Shown: positions 16,192-26,035 of the stretch, piece by piece
Position numbering within the stretch: position 1 is the first letter of the stretch
Layout of the letters: the number at the start of each line of letters is the position of its first letter
Assembly (NCBI GenBank): GCA_009692425.1
Contig: SHZF01000004.1
Span: forward strand, 10,175 to 74,174
Reading direction: 5' to 3'
DNA length: 64,000 nucleotides
Origin: Myxococcales bacterium
GTDB taxonomy: Bacteria > Myxococcota_A > UBA9042
Position numbers and translations under genes: made by a program
Notes under the pieces: model-generated
Database searches by the model: none
The model's input: the letters and a program-made list of their open reading frames with translations, nothing else
Told to the model about the DNA's origin: nothing

Positions 16192-18452
16192 GTGCACAGC
16201 CGATCGACGGCGGGATTTGCGGGGAACGCACGGCGCGGTCTGGGCCGGAGCGGGCGGCCCTGTGGAGCATGAGCGCGTGGGCGGCCATCGCGTTGTCCGT
16301 CGCGGCGTGCGGGGGCGAGGACTCGCCGAAGAAAGCCGACGCCGATGCTGCCAGCGACGGGGCGGGAGCAGGCGCCGAGACGGCCGACGATCTGGCTCGC
16401 GTGGCCGACATCGACGAACCCGACAGTGCGGCACGTAGTGATGCCGCGGGCACCGATCTGACTGTGAACGACGCCGCCCCCGCCGACGAGGCGACGCCCG
16501 ACGTGCCGCCGGACGTGCCGCTTGCCGACCTCGGTCAGGACGTCCCGACGCCGGTGGACATTGCGCAGTGTGCGACGGGCACCGACTGCGCCGGCCTCCT
16601 GAAGTTGCAGCCGTGCGAACAGGCCACCTGCGTTGCCGGCCAATGCAAGCCGGAGCCGAAACCGGACCAGTGCTGCACCGATGCCGACTGCAACGATCAG
16701 GGCGAGTGCGTGGCGGGCAAGTGCGACACGGGGGCGCATGCGTGCCTGTACACGCCGATCCCGAACTGCTGCAGCGGCAAGGTGACGCTGCTCAAGACCT
16801 CGCTTGAGGGCGCCCCGTTCGAAGACGTGAGCGCCCAGGAGTCGCCCCAGAACGGCAATGTCGCGTGGGGCGAATCGACCACGCGCGCCCACTCCGGCAA
16901 GAAGGCGCTGTACTTTGGCAACGCCTGCAAGACGTACGACAACAGCCTGAACGTGGCGAACGGTTGCAAGGTCGGCGGTGCGTCGACCCCGATCCAGTCG
17001 GCGCTCACGACGAAGGAGCACGCGCTGCCCAAAGACAAGAAGGCGCAGTTGCACTTCTGGCTGTGGCTCGACACGGAATCGCCGTATGCCGACACGCTGC
17101 CCAAGGGGACGTGTGCGACCCCGTGCGTGGCGGGCGCGGCGTGCATTCAGGTCAACGGTCAGTCGCAGTGCGTGCCGGAAAAGGATGTGCTGACCGTCAG
17201 CGTGCTGCAGGGCGAGACCGCGACGTCGGTGTTCTCGTCGCTGCAGATCGGCAAGTCGACGAAGGGACAGTGGCTGCACGTCGCGGTCGACCTGTCGAAG
17301 TGGGCCGGCCACTCGATCAAGGCGCAGTGGGCGTTCGCAACGGGTACGAACCTGAAGAACGGCTACGAGGGCATCTACCTCGACGACCTCGTGATCGAGA
17401 CGAACTGCACGGAAAAAGGCGCGTTCTGCGACGAAAAGGCGCCATGCCAGGATGACGCCAACGCGTGTACTCAGGACGTGTGCACGAAGTACGCCAACAA
17501 CGCGGGACTCGGCGTGTGCTTTGCCGACAAGAAGGTCGGTTGCTGCACGGTCGTGTCCGAGTGCGCGGACGGCAACGCGTGCACCCTCGACGCCTGCAAT
17601 GCAAGCCAATGCTCGTGGAAGCCGGACGCGACGAAGCCGGCATGCTGCAAGGCCGAAGTGCTGGCGCCGCTGGAGGACTTCGAATCCGGCACGCTCGACG
17701 TGTGGTCGGTGTTCGAGTCCAACTCGACCATCTCGAAGTGGCGGCTGCACCCGACCGGAGGCAACGCGGGCCAGGCCCTGTACTTCGGCACCGAAGGCCT
17801 CGACACTTACGCGGACCCGGCGCTCGGCAAGGACTTGGGACCCAAGGGCACGATCTGCATGGACAAGGTCAAGATCAAGCAGGGCTCGCTCCACGACCTC
17901 GTAACGTTCGACCTGCAGATGGAGACGGAGTGGACCGGCTTGCCTGCGACGACCTACAAGAATCCGCCGGTCGCTGGTGGCAAAAAATTCGACGCGCTGG
18001 CTGTCTCCGTGTACCACAACGGCACGTTTACTGAGGTGTGGTCGTCGGATGCGGTGCTCGGAACGACGGGGGGACAGTGGTTGCCGGTGACGGTCGCGCT
18101 CGACGCCTTTCAGGGCCAGACGGTGCAGTTGTGCTTCGCTTTCGACGCGGGCGACGGCGCGGTCAACGACAAGGCCGGCGTGCGACTCGACAACGTGCTG
18201 GTCAAGGTCGCATGCAGCAAAAAGCCCTGCTATTTCGCAACGGAATGCAAGGCACTGTCTTGTGGCACGTGCAAGGTGCCGATATGCGACGGGGCCGGTT
18301 GCCAGTGCGTTGCGGTGCCGGATTGCTGCACGGCGGCGCAGGACTGTGACGACGGCGAAACAAAGTGTACGATCGACAAATGCGGGGCCGACGGCAAGTG
18401 CGTGCACGAGCCAACGGGGTTCGCCGATTGCCCGAACGCGGGCGGCAAGTAG
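16188..18452 (+). CDS. Cys-rich repeat lipoprotein 2 (2 beta-sandwich-like domains)
   Basis: ATGA overlap with previous stop (alternative ATG 16269); lipobox VAAC; ALYFG, FWLWLDTE, GIYLDD motifs. Confidence 0.85.
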   Translation: MSAQPIDGGICGERTARSGPERAALWSMSAWAAIALSVAACGGEDSPKKADADAASDGAGAGAETADDLARVADIDEPDSAARSDAAGTDLTVNDAAPADEATPDVPPDVPLADLGQDVPTPVDIAQCATGTDCAGLLKLQPCEQATCVAGQCKPEPKPDQCCTDADCNDQGECVAGKCDTGAHACLYTPIPNCCSGKVTLLKTSLEGAPFEDVSAQESPQNGNVAWGESTTRAHSGKKALYFGNACKTYDNSLNVANGCKVGGASTPIQSALTTKEHALPKDKKAQLHFWLWLDTESPYADTLPKGTCATPCVAGAACIQVNGQSQCVPEKDVLTVSVLQGETATSVFSSLQIGKSTKGQWLHVAVDLSKWAGHSIKAQWAFATGTNLKNGYEGIYLDDLVIETNCTEKGAFCDEKAPCQDDANACTQDVCTKYANNAGLGVCFADKKVGCCTVVSECADGNACTLDACNASQCSWKPDATKPACCKAEVLAPLEDFESGTLDVWSVFESNSTISKWRLHPTGGNAGQALYFGTEGLDTYADPALGKDLGPKGTICMDKVKIKQGSLHDLVTFDLQMETEWTGLPATTYKNPPVAGGKKFDALAVSVYHNGTFTEVWSSDAVLGTTGGQWLPVTVALDAFQGQTVQLCFAFDAGDGAVNDKAGVRLDNVLVKVACSKKPCYFATECKALSCGTCKVPICDGAGCQCVAVPDCCTAAQDCDDGETKCTIDKCGADGKCVHEPTGFADCPNAGGK

Positions 18453-18521
18453 GGGCCGAAGTGCTCGCCAGCGGGGATCGGGACCTCGCAGGCAGCCTCA
18501 GCGTGTGTGTGGAGGGATGTG

Positions 18522-21500
18522 ATGGTGTGCAATGATCCAGTGGGCAAGGGCAATCTCGCGGCGTGCGCACAAGGGGCCCGCCAGTTTCTTGCGGGCCTGG
18601 GGCTCCTCGCGGCCGCTGTCGCGTGCGGGGACCCGGTCGCGACGGCCAAGACCGCGCCGGCAACGCCCGACACGACTGACCCAGATGGTGGGCAAGATGG
18701 CACCGAACCGACCGACGCACCTGCCGTGGTCGACACTGCGGCGCCGCTGGATGGCGATGCCGCCATCGAAGCGAAGGGTCCCGAACTGACCGATGCACCG
18801 GACATCCAGACGGCCCCGGACGTCGGTTGCCTGACGGACAACCAATGCGTGGGTGCCGTGCCCGTGACCGGTTGCACCGTGGCCGTCTGCCAGAAAGGCC
18901 TGTGCATCTTGGGGCCCAAGCCGGGGACGTGTTGCGACGACGCGCCGTGCGACGATGGCGTGCAGTGCACGAAGGACAAATGCGACGTGGCGACGAACAC
19001 GTGCCAGAACGCCCCGATTGCCGGGTGCTGCCAGAACCAGAAGAAATACTTGAACGTTGGCTTCGAGCAGGCGCCGGTGGGCGTTGCCGCGACGTACGAG
19101 GGCTTCGTGCAGAGCCCCGACCCGAAGGACGCCTCCTACCCGAACGGCAACGTGAAGTGGCAGGTCGAGACGCGGCGCGCGCACTCGGGCACCCACTCCC
19201 TGTACTTCGGCAATGAATGCGGAACGTACGACTCGGAGATGAAGGGGGCGCTCGCCTGCAAGGAAAGTGCGGTCTCGCTGGCCCTCTACACCGCGCTGAA
19301 GTCGAGTGAAGTGCAGATTCCGGCGGGCGAAGCCGCGCTGCTGTCGTTCTGGATGTGGGTCGACACGCAGCCGGTGCTGACGCAGTTGCATTGGACCCAG
19401 ACGCAGAAAGGGGAAAATGATTGCTCGCCGAAATGCGGCATCGGCGCCACCTGCGCGGCCAACGCGAACGGCAAGACGGAGTGTGTCAAGCAGCCCCAGA
19501 AGGCCGGCACCTGCAAGGTGCCGTGCGATCCCGGAACGACGTGTGTCGATGTCGGCGGCGGCAACTCGGCGTGCGTCAACGAGAGCGACGTGATGACGGT
19601 GCGCATCAACGGGGCGGTCAAGCCCACGCTGACCTCGACGGAATTCGACAAGTCGACCAAGGGGCAGTGGAAGCATTTCGTTGTCAACCTCGCGGAGTAC
19701 GCGGGCAAGTCGGTTCAGATCCTCTGGGAATTCAAGACGAACACAAATCGCAACGCCTACGAGGGCATCTACCTCGACGACGTAGGCATCGAAACGTACT
19801 GCGTGAAGAAGGACGAGAAGTCCGAGGGCTTCGCCAGCTGCGACGAGAAGACCGCGTGCCCCGACGACAAGAAGGAGTGCTCAGCCGACGTTTGCACGCC
19901 GTTCACGAACCTGAAGGTTCAGGGCCTGTGCCTGTACGACAAGGTGGCGAACTGCTGCGCGGGGTCGATCGACTGCGACGACGCGAAGGACTGCACGGTC
20001 GATGCGTGCAACAAGGCCGTCGGCAAGCCCACGGGGTCGTGTTCGCACAAGCCCGACTCGAACAAGGAGCAGTGCTGCAAGGCCGAAAAACTGTTCGGCG
20101 ACAACTTCGAAGCGGGCAGCTTGGCGGGATGGGCGACGGTGCTGAGCAACTCGCAGCAGGTCCTGTGGCAACTCCACAAGTCCGGCGGCACGGGCGGCGG
20201 CGCGGCGATGTACTTCGGCAACGCAGCACAGACCAACTACGACGACCCGACGATCAAGCCGAACGGGCCGAAGGGGCGTGTGTGCTCGGTCAAGAAGGTC
20301 AAGCTGACAGACACTGCGGCCTACAACGTCGCAAAGTTCCAGCTGAAGATGGAGACGGAGTGGTCGGGCAAGAAGAAGGAGAGCTACGTCAACCCGGCCG
20401 TCGTGCAGGGCCAGCCGGTCGAGAAGGTCGACTACTTGAACGTGGAAGTTCGCGTCGCTGGCGTCGTGCAGACCGTGTGGTCGTCAGACTCGGTGTACGG
20501 CACGACCGAAGGGCAGTTCCTGCCCGTGACGGTGGACCTGGACAAGTTCGCCGGCAAGGAGGTGGAGTTGTGCTTCTACTTCGACGCGGGCGATTCGGCG
20601 GCGAACGCAGCCAAGGGCATCACGATCGATGACGTGCAGATTGCGGTCGCGTGCGAAAAGGAAGTCTGCACGGTCGCCGAACACTGCGCAGCGGAGTGCG
20701 ACGCTGTGCTCGACACGCCATCGTGTGAGGCAGGCAAGTGCGTCTGCACGAAGATCCCCGGCAAGTGCAAGGACGACGCGTCATGCGACGACAAGGACAG
20801 TTGCACCGACCAGGCGTGCAAGTTGGGCAAGTGCGAATACACCATGAAGTCGCCAACGTGCTGCGCAGCAAAGACGCCTTACCAGGAGTCGTTCGATGCG
20901 GGCGTGGCCGGGGCGGCGCTGCCAACCGGGTGGAAGGTGACGGGCCTGCCGGGCACGGCGCTGAATGGCAAGCCGTATGACCAGACGATCAAGTGGAATA
21001 TCACGGACTTGAAGGCGAAGTCACCCCAATTTTCACTCTATTTCGGCAACAACGGCACCTACAACGCGGGGGCCTCGGCGCCCGGCGGGCTGGCGCGCAG
21101 CCCCGAAGTGACGCTGCCGGCCAACGGGACCACGCTCCTCACCTTTGCGCTGTTCCTGTCGACCGAGTGGGACCCGAATCCGAAGGACCCGACCAAAGTG
21201 TTCAAGGCGCCGCCCCCGGGCATCGTCGTCGACCGGCTGCGGGTGGGTCTGAACGACCCCAAGCAAGCCGACGCGGCCAAGGCCAATGCCTGGCTGTGGG
21301 ACAGCTACGCGATCGAAGGGACGACGGCGGGCAACTGGCAGGTCGTCGTCGTCGCGGTACCAGACGCCTGGAAGGGCAAGACCGCCAAGCTGCAGTTCGA
21401 GTTCGACGCCGGCCATGACAACAACAACATCTACGAGGGCGCGTACATCGACAACGTGCACTTGACGACGGTCTGCGATGTGCCGGAATGCGTCGAGGAC

Positions 21501-22163
21501 AAGAAGTGCGTGCCGGCGGTTCCCGACGTGTGCAAGAAGTACTACTGCTCGGCCCAGACCGTTGCCAACCAGCTGTCGTTTGCGTGCAAGGCCGACTTCA
21601 AGCCCGGCCCGACCTGCTGTTCTTCGTCGGTGGCGCTGGCGGCGGAGACGTTCGAATCGGCCAAGCTCGGCGCCTGGGCGGGGTCTTGCAACAACACGCT
21701 CGTGAAGTGGCAGGCGTCGCCGCACAAGTACTTGGCTGGCCTGTACGAAGCCTACATGGGCAACCAGGAGAAGCAGAACTACGCCGACGGCACGTCCATT
21801 GTGGTGTGCAGCCTGACGTCGCCGCTGGTGACGCTCTCGTCGGACCTCAAAAAGGAGGCCTTCTTGCAGTTCAAGGCGTGGATCGACGTCGAGACGAACT
21901 CTTTCGAGAAGTTGCGGGTCGTGGCGACGACGTTTGCCGGAAACCAGAAGCTGACGAAGGTGATTTGGGACAAGGCGGTGGCCAAGGACATGACCTTGGC
22001 GGAGTACAAGATGGCGATCGAGAAGAAGATCAACGTCTCGGAATTCAAAGGAAAGGGCGCCGTGTCGTTCAGCTTCGAATTCGACTCCCTCGACGCCAAG
22101 AAAAACGCCGACTTCAAGGGCGTGTACCTCGACGACCTGACGGTGACTGAGCCGTGCCTGTAG
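18522..22163 (+). CDS. Cys-rich repeat lipoprotein 3 (4 beta-sandwich-like domains)
   Basis: GGAGG RBS; lipobox AVAC; four LYFG/..TE/..G.YLDD-type domains separated by Cys repeats. Confidence 0.87.
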   Translation: MVCNDPVGKGNLAACAQGARQFLAGLGLLAAAVACGDPVATAKTAPATPDTTDPDGGQDGTEPTDAPAVVDTAAPLDGDAAIEAKGPELTDAPDIQTAPDVGCLTDNQCVGAVPVTGCTVAVCQKGLCILGPKPGTCCDDAPCDDGVQCTKDKCDVATNTCQNAPIAGCCQNQKKYLNVGFEQAPVGVAATYEGFVQSPDPKDASYPNGNVKWQVETRRAHSGTHSLYFGNECGTYDSEMKGALACKESAVSLALYTALKSSEVQIPAGEAALLSFWMWVDTQPVLTQLHWTQTQKGENDCSPKCGIGATCAANANGKTECVKQPQKAGTCKVPCDPGTTCVDVGGGNSACVNESDVMTVRINGAVKPTLTSTEFDKSTKGQWKHFVVNLAEYAGKSVQILWEFKTNTNRNAYEGIYLDDVGIETYCVKKDEKSEGFASCDEKTACPDDKKECSADVCTPFTNLKVQGLCLYDKVANCCAGSIDCDDAKDCTVDACNKAVGKPTGSCSHKPDSNKEQCCKAEKLFGDNFEAGSLAGWATVLSNSQQVLWQLHKSGGTGGGAAMYFGNAAQTNYDDPTIKPNGPKGRVCSVKKVKLTDTAAYNVAKFQLKMETEWSGKKKESYVNPAVVQGQPVEKVDYLNVEVRVAGVVQTVWSSDSVYGTTEGQFLPVTVDLDKFAGKEVELCFYFDAGDSAANAAKGITIDDVQIAVACEKEVCTVAEHCAAECDAVLDTPSCEAGKCVCTKIPGKCKDDASCDDKDSCTDQACKLGKCEYTMKSPTCCAAKTPYQESFDAGVAGAALPTGWKVTGLPGTALNGKPYDQTIKWNITDLKAKSPQFSLYFGNNGTYNAGASAPGGLARSPEVTLPANGTTLLTFALFLSTEWDPNPKDPTKVFKAPPPGIVVDRLRVGLNDPKQADAAKANAWLWDSYAIEGTTAGNWQVVVVAVPDAWKGKTAKLQFEFDAGHDNNNIYEGAYIDNVHLTTVCDVPECVEDKKCVPAVPDVCKKYYCSAQTVANQLSFACKADFKPGPTCCSSSVALAAETFESAKLGAWAGSCNNTLVKWQASPHKYLAGLYEAYMGNQEKQNYADGTSIVVCSLTSPLVTLSSDLKKEAFLQFKAWIDVETNSFEKLRVVATTFAGNQKLTKVIWDKAVAKDMTLAEYKMAIEKKINVSEFKGKGAVSFSFEFDSLDAKKNADFKGVYLDDLTVTEPCL

Positions 22164-22223
22164 TCCAGCCGACAAGCATCCCTGCGTGCCTTGAGACAGG
22201 CATTGTCGTGCCGACCGAAGTCC

Positions 22224-23138
22224 ATGCCCGCCCTCTCTGACCGCAGCTTCAATCCCGGCGCGTGGGCGCGGCTCGGCTTGGTCGCAGTCGGCCTGGGCGT
22301 GGTCGCGCTGGCGGTGTGGGCGACGACGTTTTGGCACGAGGACGCGATCGAAGTGCCGCGCCTGCTCGACAAGCGCTTCGATGAGGCACCGGGCCGGCCG
22401 GGCAGCACGACCACGCGCATCTCAAAGCTGGGGGCCAAGGCGGTGCCGACGCTGATCCAGGACCTCGGTTCTGGCATTGTGACGGAGCGCCAGAAGGCCT
22501 TGGAACTGCTGTCGACGATCGACGACCCGCGCGTGGTGCCGGCCCTTGCCCACGGCCTGGTGGACCGCGATCTGGGCGTGCGGTTGATCGCCTTGGCGGG
22601 ACTCGGGCGCACCGGCAAAGCGGAGGCGGCGGCGGTGCTGTGGGGCCTCACCGAAGCGCCGAGTGAACTGGTGCGCTACCGGGCGCTGGTGGGCATCGGC
22701 CTGACCGGGCAACAGCCGGATGCCGACCGGCTGTTGCGCGACCTGCCCGGCGTGATCGGCCACGAGCGCTACGTGCAGGCCTGGGCGGCGGGCCGCATCC
22801 TGCGCCGGCTGGCGAACCCGGACCGCCAAGGCTACCTGCCCGGAGCGCCCGTGCCGGCCGACGAAGCCGCAGCCGCGCAGTTGCAGGCAGACGTCGATTT
22901 GGTGCACGCCGCGCTCGACAAATTGGAATCGCCGCGCCAGAACGCCATCTTGTTGTCTGAACGCACGGACGTCGCGTTCGCCACTTGGGACCAAGGGCAC
23001 CAGATCGCGCTTCAGGTGGTCGCCGTCAACGGGCCCCACGCGGTGCGGCGCGGGTCGGCCGAGTCGGTGGTCGCACCGCCACCTCCGTCGAAACGGGGCT
23101 TGGAGTTGCGCGGAGAGCGGGTCCCGGTGGCACGCTGA
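22224..23138 (+). CDS. Membrane-anchored HEAT-repeat protein
   Basis: N-terminal TM; AVPTLIQDL, RQKALELL, VVPALAHGL.D.DLGVRLIAL HEAT/PBS-like repeats. Confidence 0.7.
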   Translation: MPALSDRSFNPGAWARLGLVAVGLGVVALAVWATTFWHEDAIEVPRLLDKRFDEAPGRPGSTTTRISKLGAKAVPTLIQDLGSGIVTERQKALELLSTIDDPRVVPALAHGLVDRDLGVRLIALAGLGRTGKAEAAAVLWGLTEAPSELVRYRALVGIGLTGQQPDADRLLRDLPGVIGHERYVQAWAAGRILRRLANPDRQGYLPGAPVPADEAAAAQLQADVDLVHAALDKLESPRQNAILLSERTDVAFATWDQGHQIALQVVAVNGPHAVRRGSAESVVAPPPPSKRGLELRGERVPVAR

Positions 23139-23283
23139 TTCCAGCGGCGGTCACGAATCCCGCGCGGCAGACGTACCCGGGCGGCAGCGTCAAGTTCTGT
23201 GAAGTGCAGAGTTCAGTCCACGCGCCGGTATGCTACAAAGCGTGCAGCATGCGGCGCGACCGCAGCCCGACCGGAGTCGCAAC

Positions 23284-23985
23284 ATGGCGCGCATTCTGAT
23301 CATCGACGACGACGTCCGGCTCGGCGCTCTGCTGGAGCGGTTGTTCAAGCCCGAAGGCTTTCAGGTAACACTCGTCACCGACGGCCTGCAGGGAGTGCGC
23401 CGGGCGTGCGCCGAGGTGTTCGACATGGTCGTGCTCGACGTGATGCTGCCCGGGCTCGACGGCTTCGAGGTGCTGCGCCGCATCCGGCAACAGTCCTCGG
23501 TGCCGGTCCTGATGCTGACGGCCAAAGGCACGGACAACGACCGCGTGGTGGGCCTTGAACTCGGCGCCGACGATTACCTGCCCAAGCCGTTCAATCCCCG
23601 TGAACTCGTGGCGCGCATCAAGGCGGTGTTGCGGCGGGCCGAGCCTGGCATGGCGGCGACCAAGGCCGAAGTGCTGCGCGTCGGCGACCTGGCGATCGAC
23701 GCCGCGCGGCGGGAGGCGTCGGTGCGCGGCACCACCGTCCAATTGACGACCACGGAATTCGACTTGCTGCGCTGCTTCATGCGCTACCCGGGTCAGGTGT
23801 TGAGCCGCGATGCGCTGATGGACATGCTGCGCGGCGTGGGCTACGCGGCGTACGATCGTTCGATCGACGTGCATGTGAAGAACCTGCGCGCGAAGATCGA
23901 GACGGACTCGCGCACGCCCAAGTACATCAAGACAATCTGGGGCACCGGCTACATGCTCGCCGCCGACGCGGTCGCTGCCGAGTAG
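23284..23985 (+). CDS. OmpR-family response regulator
   Basis: ILIIDDD, LDVMLPGLDG, LTAK, GADDYLPKPF, RSIDVHV.NLRAKIE, TIWGTGY. Confidence 0.95.
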   Translation: MARILIIDDDVRLGALLERLFKPEGFQVTLVTDGLQGVRRACAEVFDMVVLDVMLPGLDGFEVLRRIRQQSSVPVLMLTAKGTDNDRVVGLELGADDYLPKPFNPRELVARIKAVLRRAEPGMAATKAEVLRVGDLAIDAARREASVRGTTVQLTTTEFDLLRCFMRYPGQVLSRDALMDMLRGVGYAAYDRSIDVHVKNLRAKIETDSRTPKYIKTIWGTGYMLAADAVAAE

Positions 23986-23991
23986 GCACCC

Positions 23992-25179
23992 ATGCCGCAT
24001 CAGGACTTGTACGGCGCGCCCGATGGCCCGGCCCCCGTTGCCGTGCGCGCGCCCGTGCAGGCTCCGGGGCTGTCGCGTGGCGAATGGACCGTCATCGGGG
24101 TCGGCGGCGCGGGCCTGTTGGCGGTCGGCGTGGCAGCGGTGCTGGCGGCGCTGGATGCGAACCCGAGCGGACACCTGGCCATCTTTGCCGAGTTGTTGAT
24201 TGCGGCGTGCGCCCTGACGGTCCTGCTCATCATGTCAGTCACGCTGTCGCAGCGGCTTGCCGTGCGCGTTCGCATGTTGCGCGAGGTGGCACAGGAGCTC
24301 GGCGGCGGGGACCTCGGCGTCCGCGCGCCGGTCGAATCGGCCGACGACCTGGGCAAGCTCGGCCAGTCCCTCAACGTGATGGCGGATCGGATTGCGCGCG
24401 TACTTCAGGCGCAGCGCGACCTGCTGTCGGGTGTTTCGCACGAATTGCGCAGCCCACTCGCGCGCATCGAAGTCGCCATCGAGTTGATCCGCATGGAATT
24501 CGAAGATGGCCGCCGCAACGCGCCGGGCGGTGCCGACCGGCGCAAAAGCCAGGGCGAGGAGTTGGTGGCGGAAATCCAGATGGAGGTCGGCCTGCTCGAG
24601 CGCCACATCGAGCGCCTGCTCGACGCGCAGCGGGTCGGAGTCGATCGCGTGCTGGTGCAGCGCGAACTCGTGCGGGTCGATGAGTTGCTCGGCCAGATCC
24701 TGGATCGCGAGCAGCACCGGTTGAGCCATCTCGGCTTTGCGGTCGAGCGCAGCCTCGAACTGTACGATGGCAAAGTCTCAGGCGACCCCAACGCCCTGGA
24801 CCGGGCGTTCTCGACGCTGATTGAAAACGTGGTGCAGCACGCCCAGCACGGGGGCAGCGCCCGCAGCGTGCGGATGGAGTCGCGACGCGACACGATGGGC
24901 GTGGTTGTGCGCGTGCTCGACCGCGGGCCTGGGCTGGCGCAGGAGCAGTGCGCACGCGTGTTCGAGGCCTTCTTCCGCGTGGACCCGAGCCGCACAGAGC
25001 AAACTGGAGGCACAGGACTTGGTTTGTACCTCGTCAAGAAGATTTCCGAGGCCCACGGCGGCACGGCGCGCGCCCACCCGCGGGCGGGCGGGGGCCTCGT
25101 GATCGAAGTGCGCCTGCCCTTGCACGGCCAGCGCCAGGCCAAAGAGACGGTCAAGGTCCAGGCGGTCAGTGGTGACTGA
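23992..25179 (+). CDS. Sensor histidine kinase (HAMP-HisKA-HATPase)
   Basis: 2 TMs, HAMP, SHELRSPL, LIEN, DRGPG, FEAFFR, GTGLGL. Confidence 0.93.
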   Translation: MPHQDLYGAPDGPAPVAVRAPVQAPGLSRGEWTVIGVGGAGLLAVGVAAVLAALDANPSGHLAIFAELLIAACALTVLLIMSVTLSQRLAVRVRMLREVAQELGGGDLGVRAPVESADDLGKLGQSLNVMADRIARVLQAQRDLLSGVSHELRSPLARIEVAIELIRMEFEDGRRNAPGGADRRKSQGEELVAEIQMEVGLLERHIERLLDAQRVGVDRVLVQRELVRVDELLGQILDREQHRLSHLGFAVERSLELYDGKVSGDPNALDRAFSTLIENVVQHAQHGGSARSVRMESRRDTMGVVVRVLDRGPGLAQEQCARVFEAFFRVDPSRTEQTGGTGLGLYLVKKISEAHGGTARAHPRAGGGLVIEVRLPLHGQRQAKETVKVQAVSGD

Positions 25180-26035
25180 TCGTCGGCCGCTCCACGCGCT
25201 GACCGTCGATGTCGAAGAGTGGTTCCACATTCTGGACGCGGGTCCGCGGCCCGAGCGCTGGGAGCACTTGCCGAGCCGCATCGATGTCGGGCTGGCGCGC
25301 ATTTTCGGCCTGTGCGAGCGCTTTGGCGTCCATGCGACGTTTTTCGTGCTGGGTTGGGTGGCACGGCGCCGGCCCGATGTCGTCGCCGAGATCGTGCGCC
25401 GCGGCCACGAGGTCGGCTCGCACTCGTTCGGCCACCGCGTGTTGCGCGAGCTCGGACCCGACGGCTTTGCCCGGGACCTCGACGCCTCGCTCGATGCGAT
25501 CGCGCGCGCGGGCGGCAACGTGCGGGCCTACCGGGCCCCGGGATTCTCACTGACAACGCAGAGTTCCTGGGCGTTTGGCGTGCTGGCCGACCGCGGCATC
25601 GAACTCGACGCATCGCTGTTCCTAGGTCCGCGCGCTCACGGCGGCTGGTCGCTCGACCGCAGCGGGCCGTTCGCAGTCGTGCTTGGCGACGGGCGCACGG
25701 TGATCGAAATCCCGACGGTGCCGCTGCGGGTGCTGGGCCAGGCGCTGCCGTTTTCCGGTGGCGGCTACCTGCGCCTGTTGCCGACCGCGCTCATCGACCA
25801 CGGCTTTGCCTGCGCCGAGCGGGCGGGCCAGCCCGTGTGCGTCTACGTGCACCCGCGCGAACTCGACCCCGACCCACCTGAGTTGCCCTTGCCGATCGCA
25901 CGGCGCTTCAAGTACTACGTCGGCCTGGACACGGTGGCCCCCAAGCTAGAGCATCTGTTGGCGCGCCATCGCTTCGGCACCGTGTCTGCCGTCGCCGCCG
26001 CCGCCACGCTCGGGGCGCCACTGGAGTTGCGGTGA
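25169..26035 (+). CDS. Polysaccharide deacetylase (DUF3473-type)
   Basis: LTVDVEEWF, ATFFVLG, HEVGSHSFGH, YRAPGFS, GGGYLRL, YVHPRELD. Confidence 0.88.
   Translation: MVTDRRPLHALTVDVEEWFHILDAGPRPERWEHLPSRIDVGLARIFGLCERFGVHATFFVLGWVARRRPDVVAEIVRRGHEVGSHSFGHRVLRELGPDGFARDLDASLDAIARAGGNVRAYRAPGFSLTTQSSWAFGVLADRGIELDASLFLGPRAHGGWSLDRSGPFAVVLGDGRTVIEIPTVPLRVLGQALPFSGGGYLRLLPTALIDHGFACAERAGQPVCVYVHPRELDPDPPELPLPIARRFKYYVGLDTVAPKLEHLLARHRFGTVSAVAAAATLGAPLELR

Noticed and set aside
14155..22337. Long antisense ORFs (14155..16434, 16107..18407, 21033..22337; also 56753..59776)
   Set aside because: Antisense shadows of genes with strong GC3 bias; no motifs
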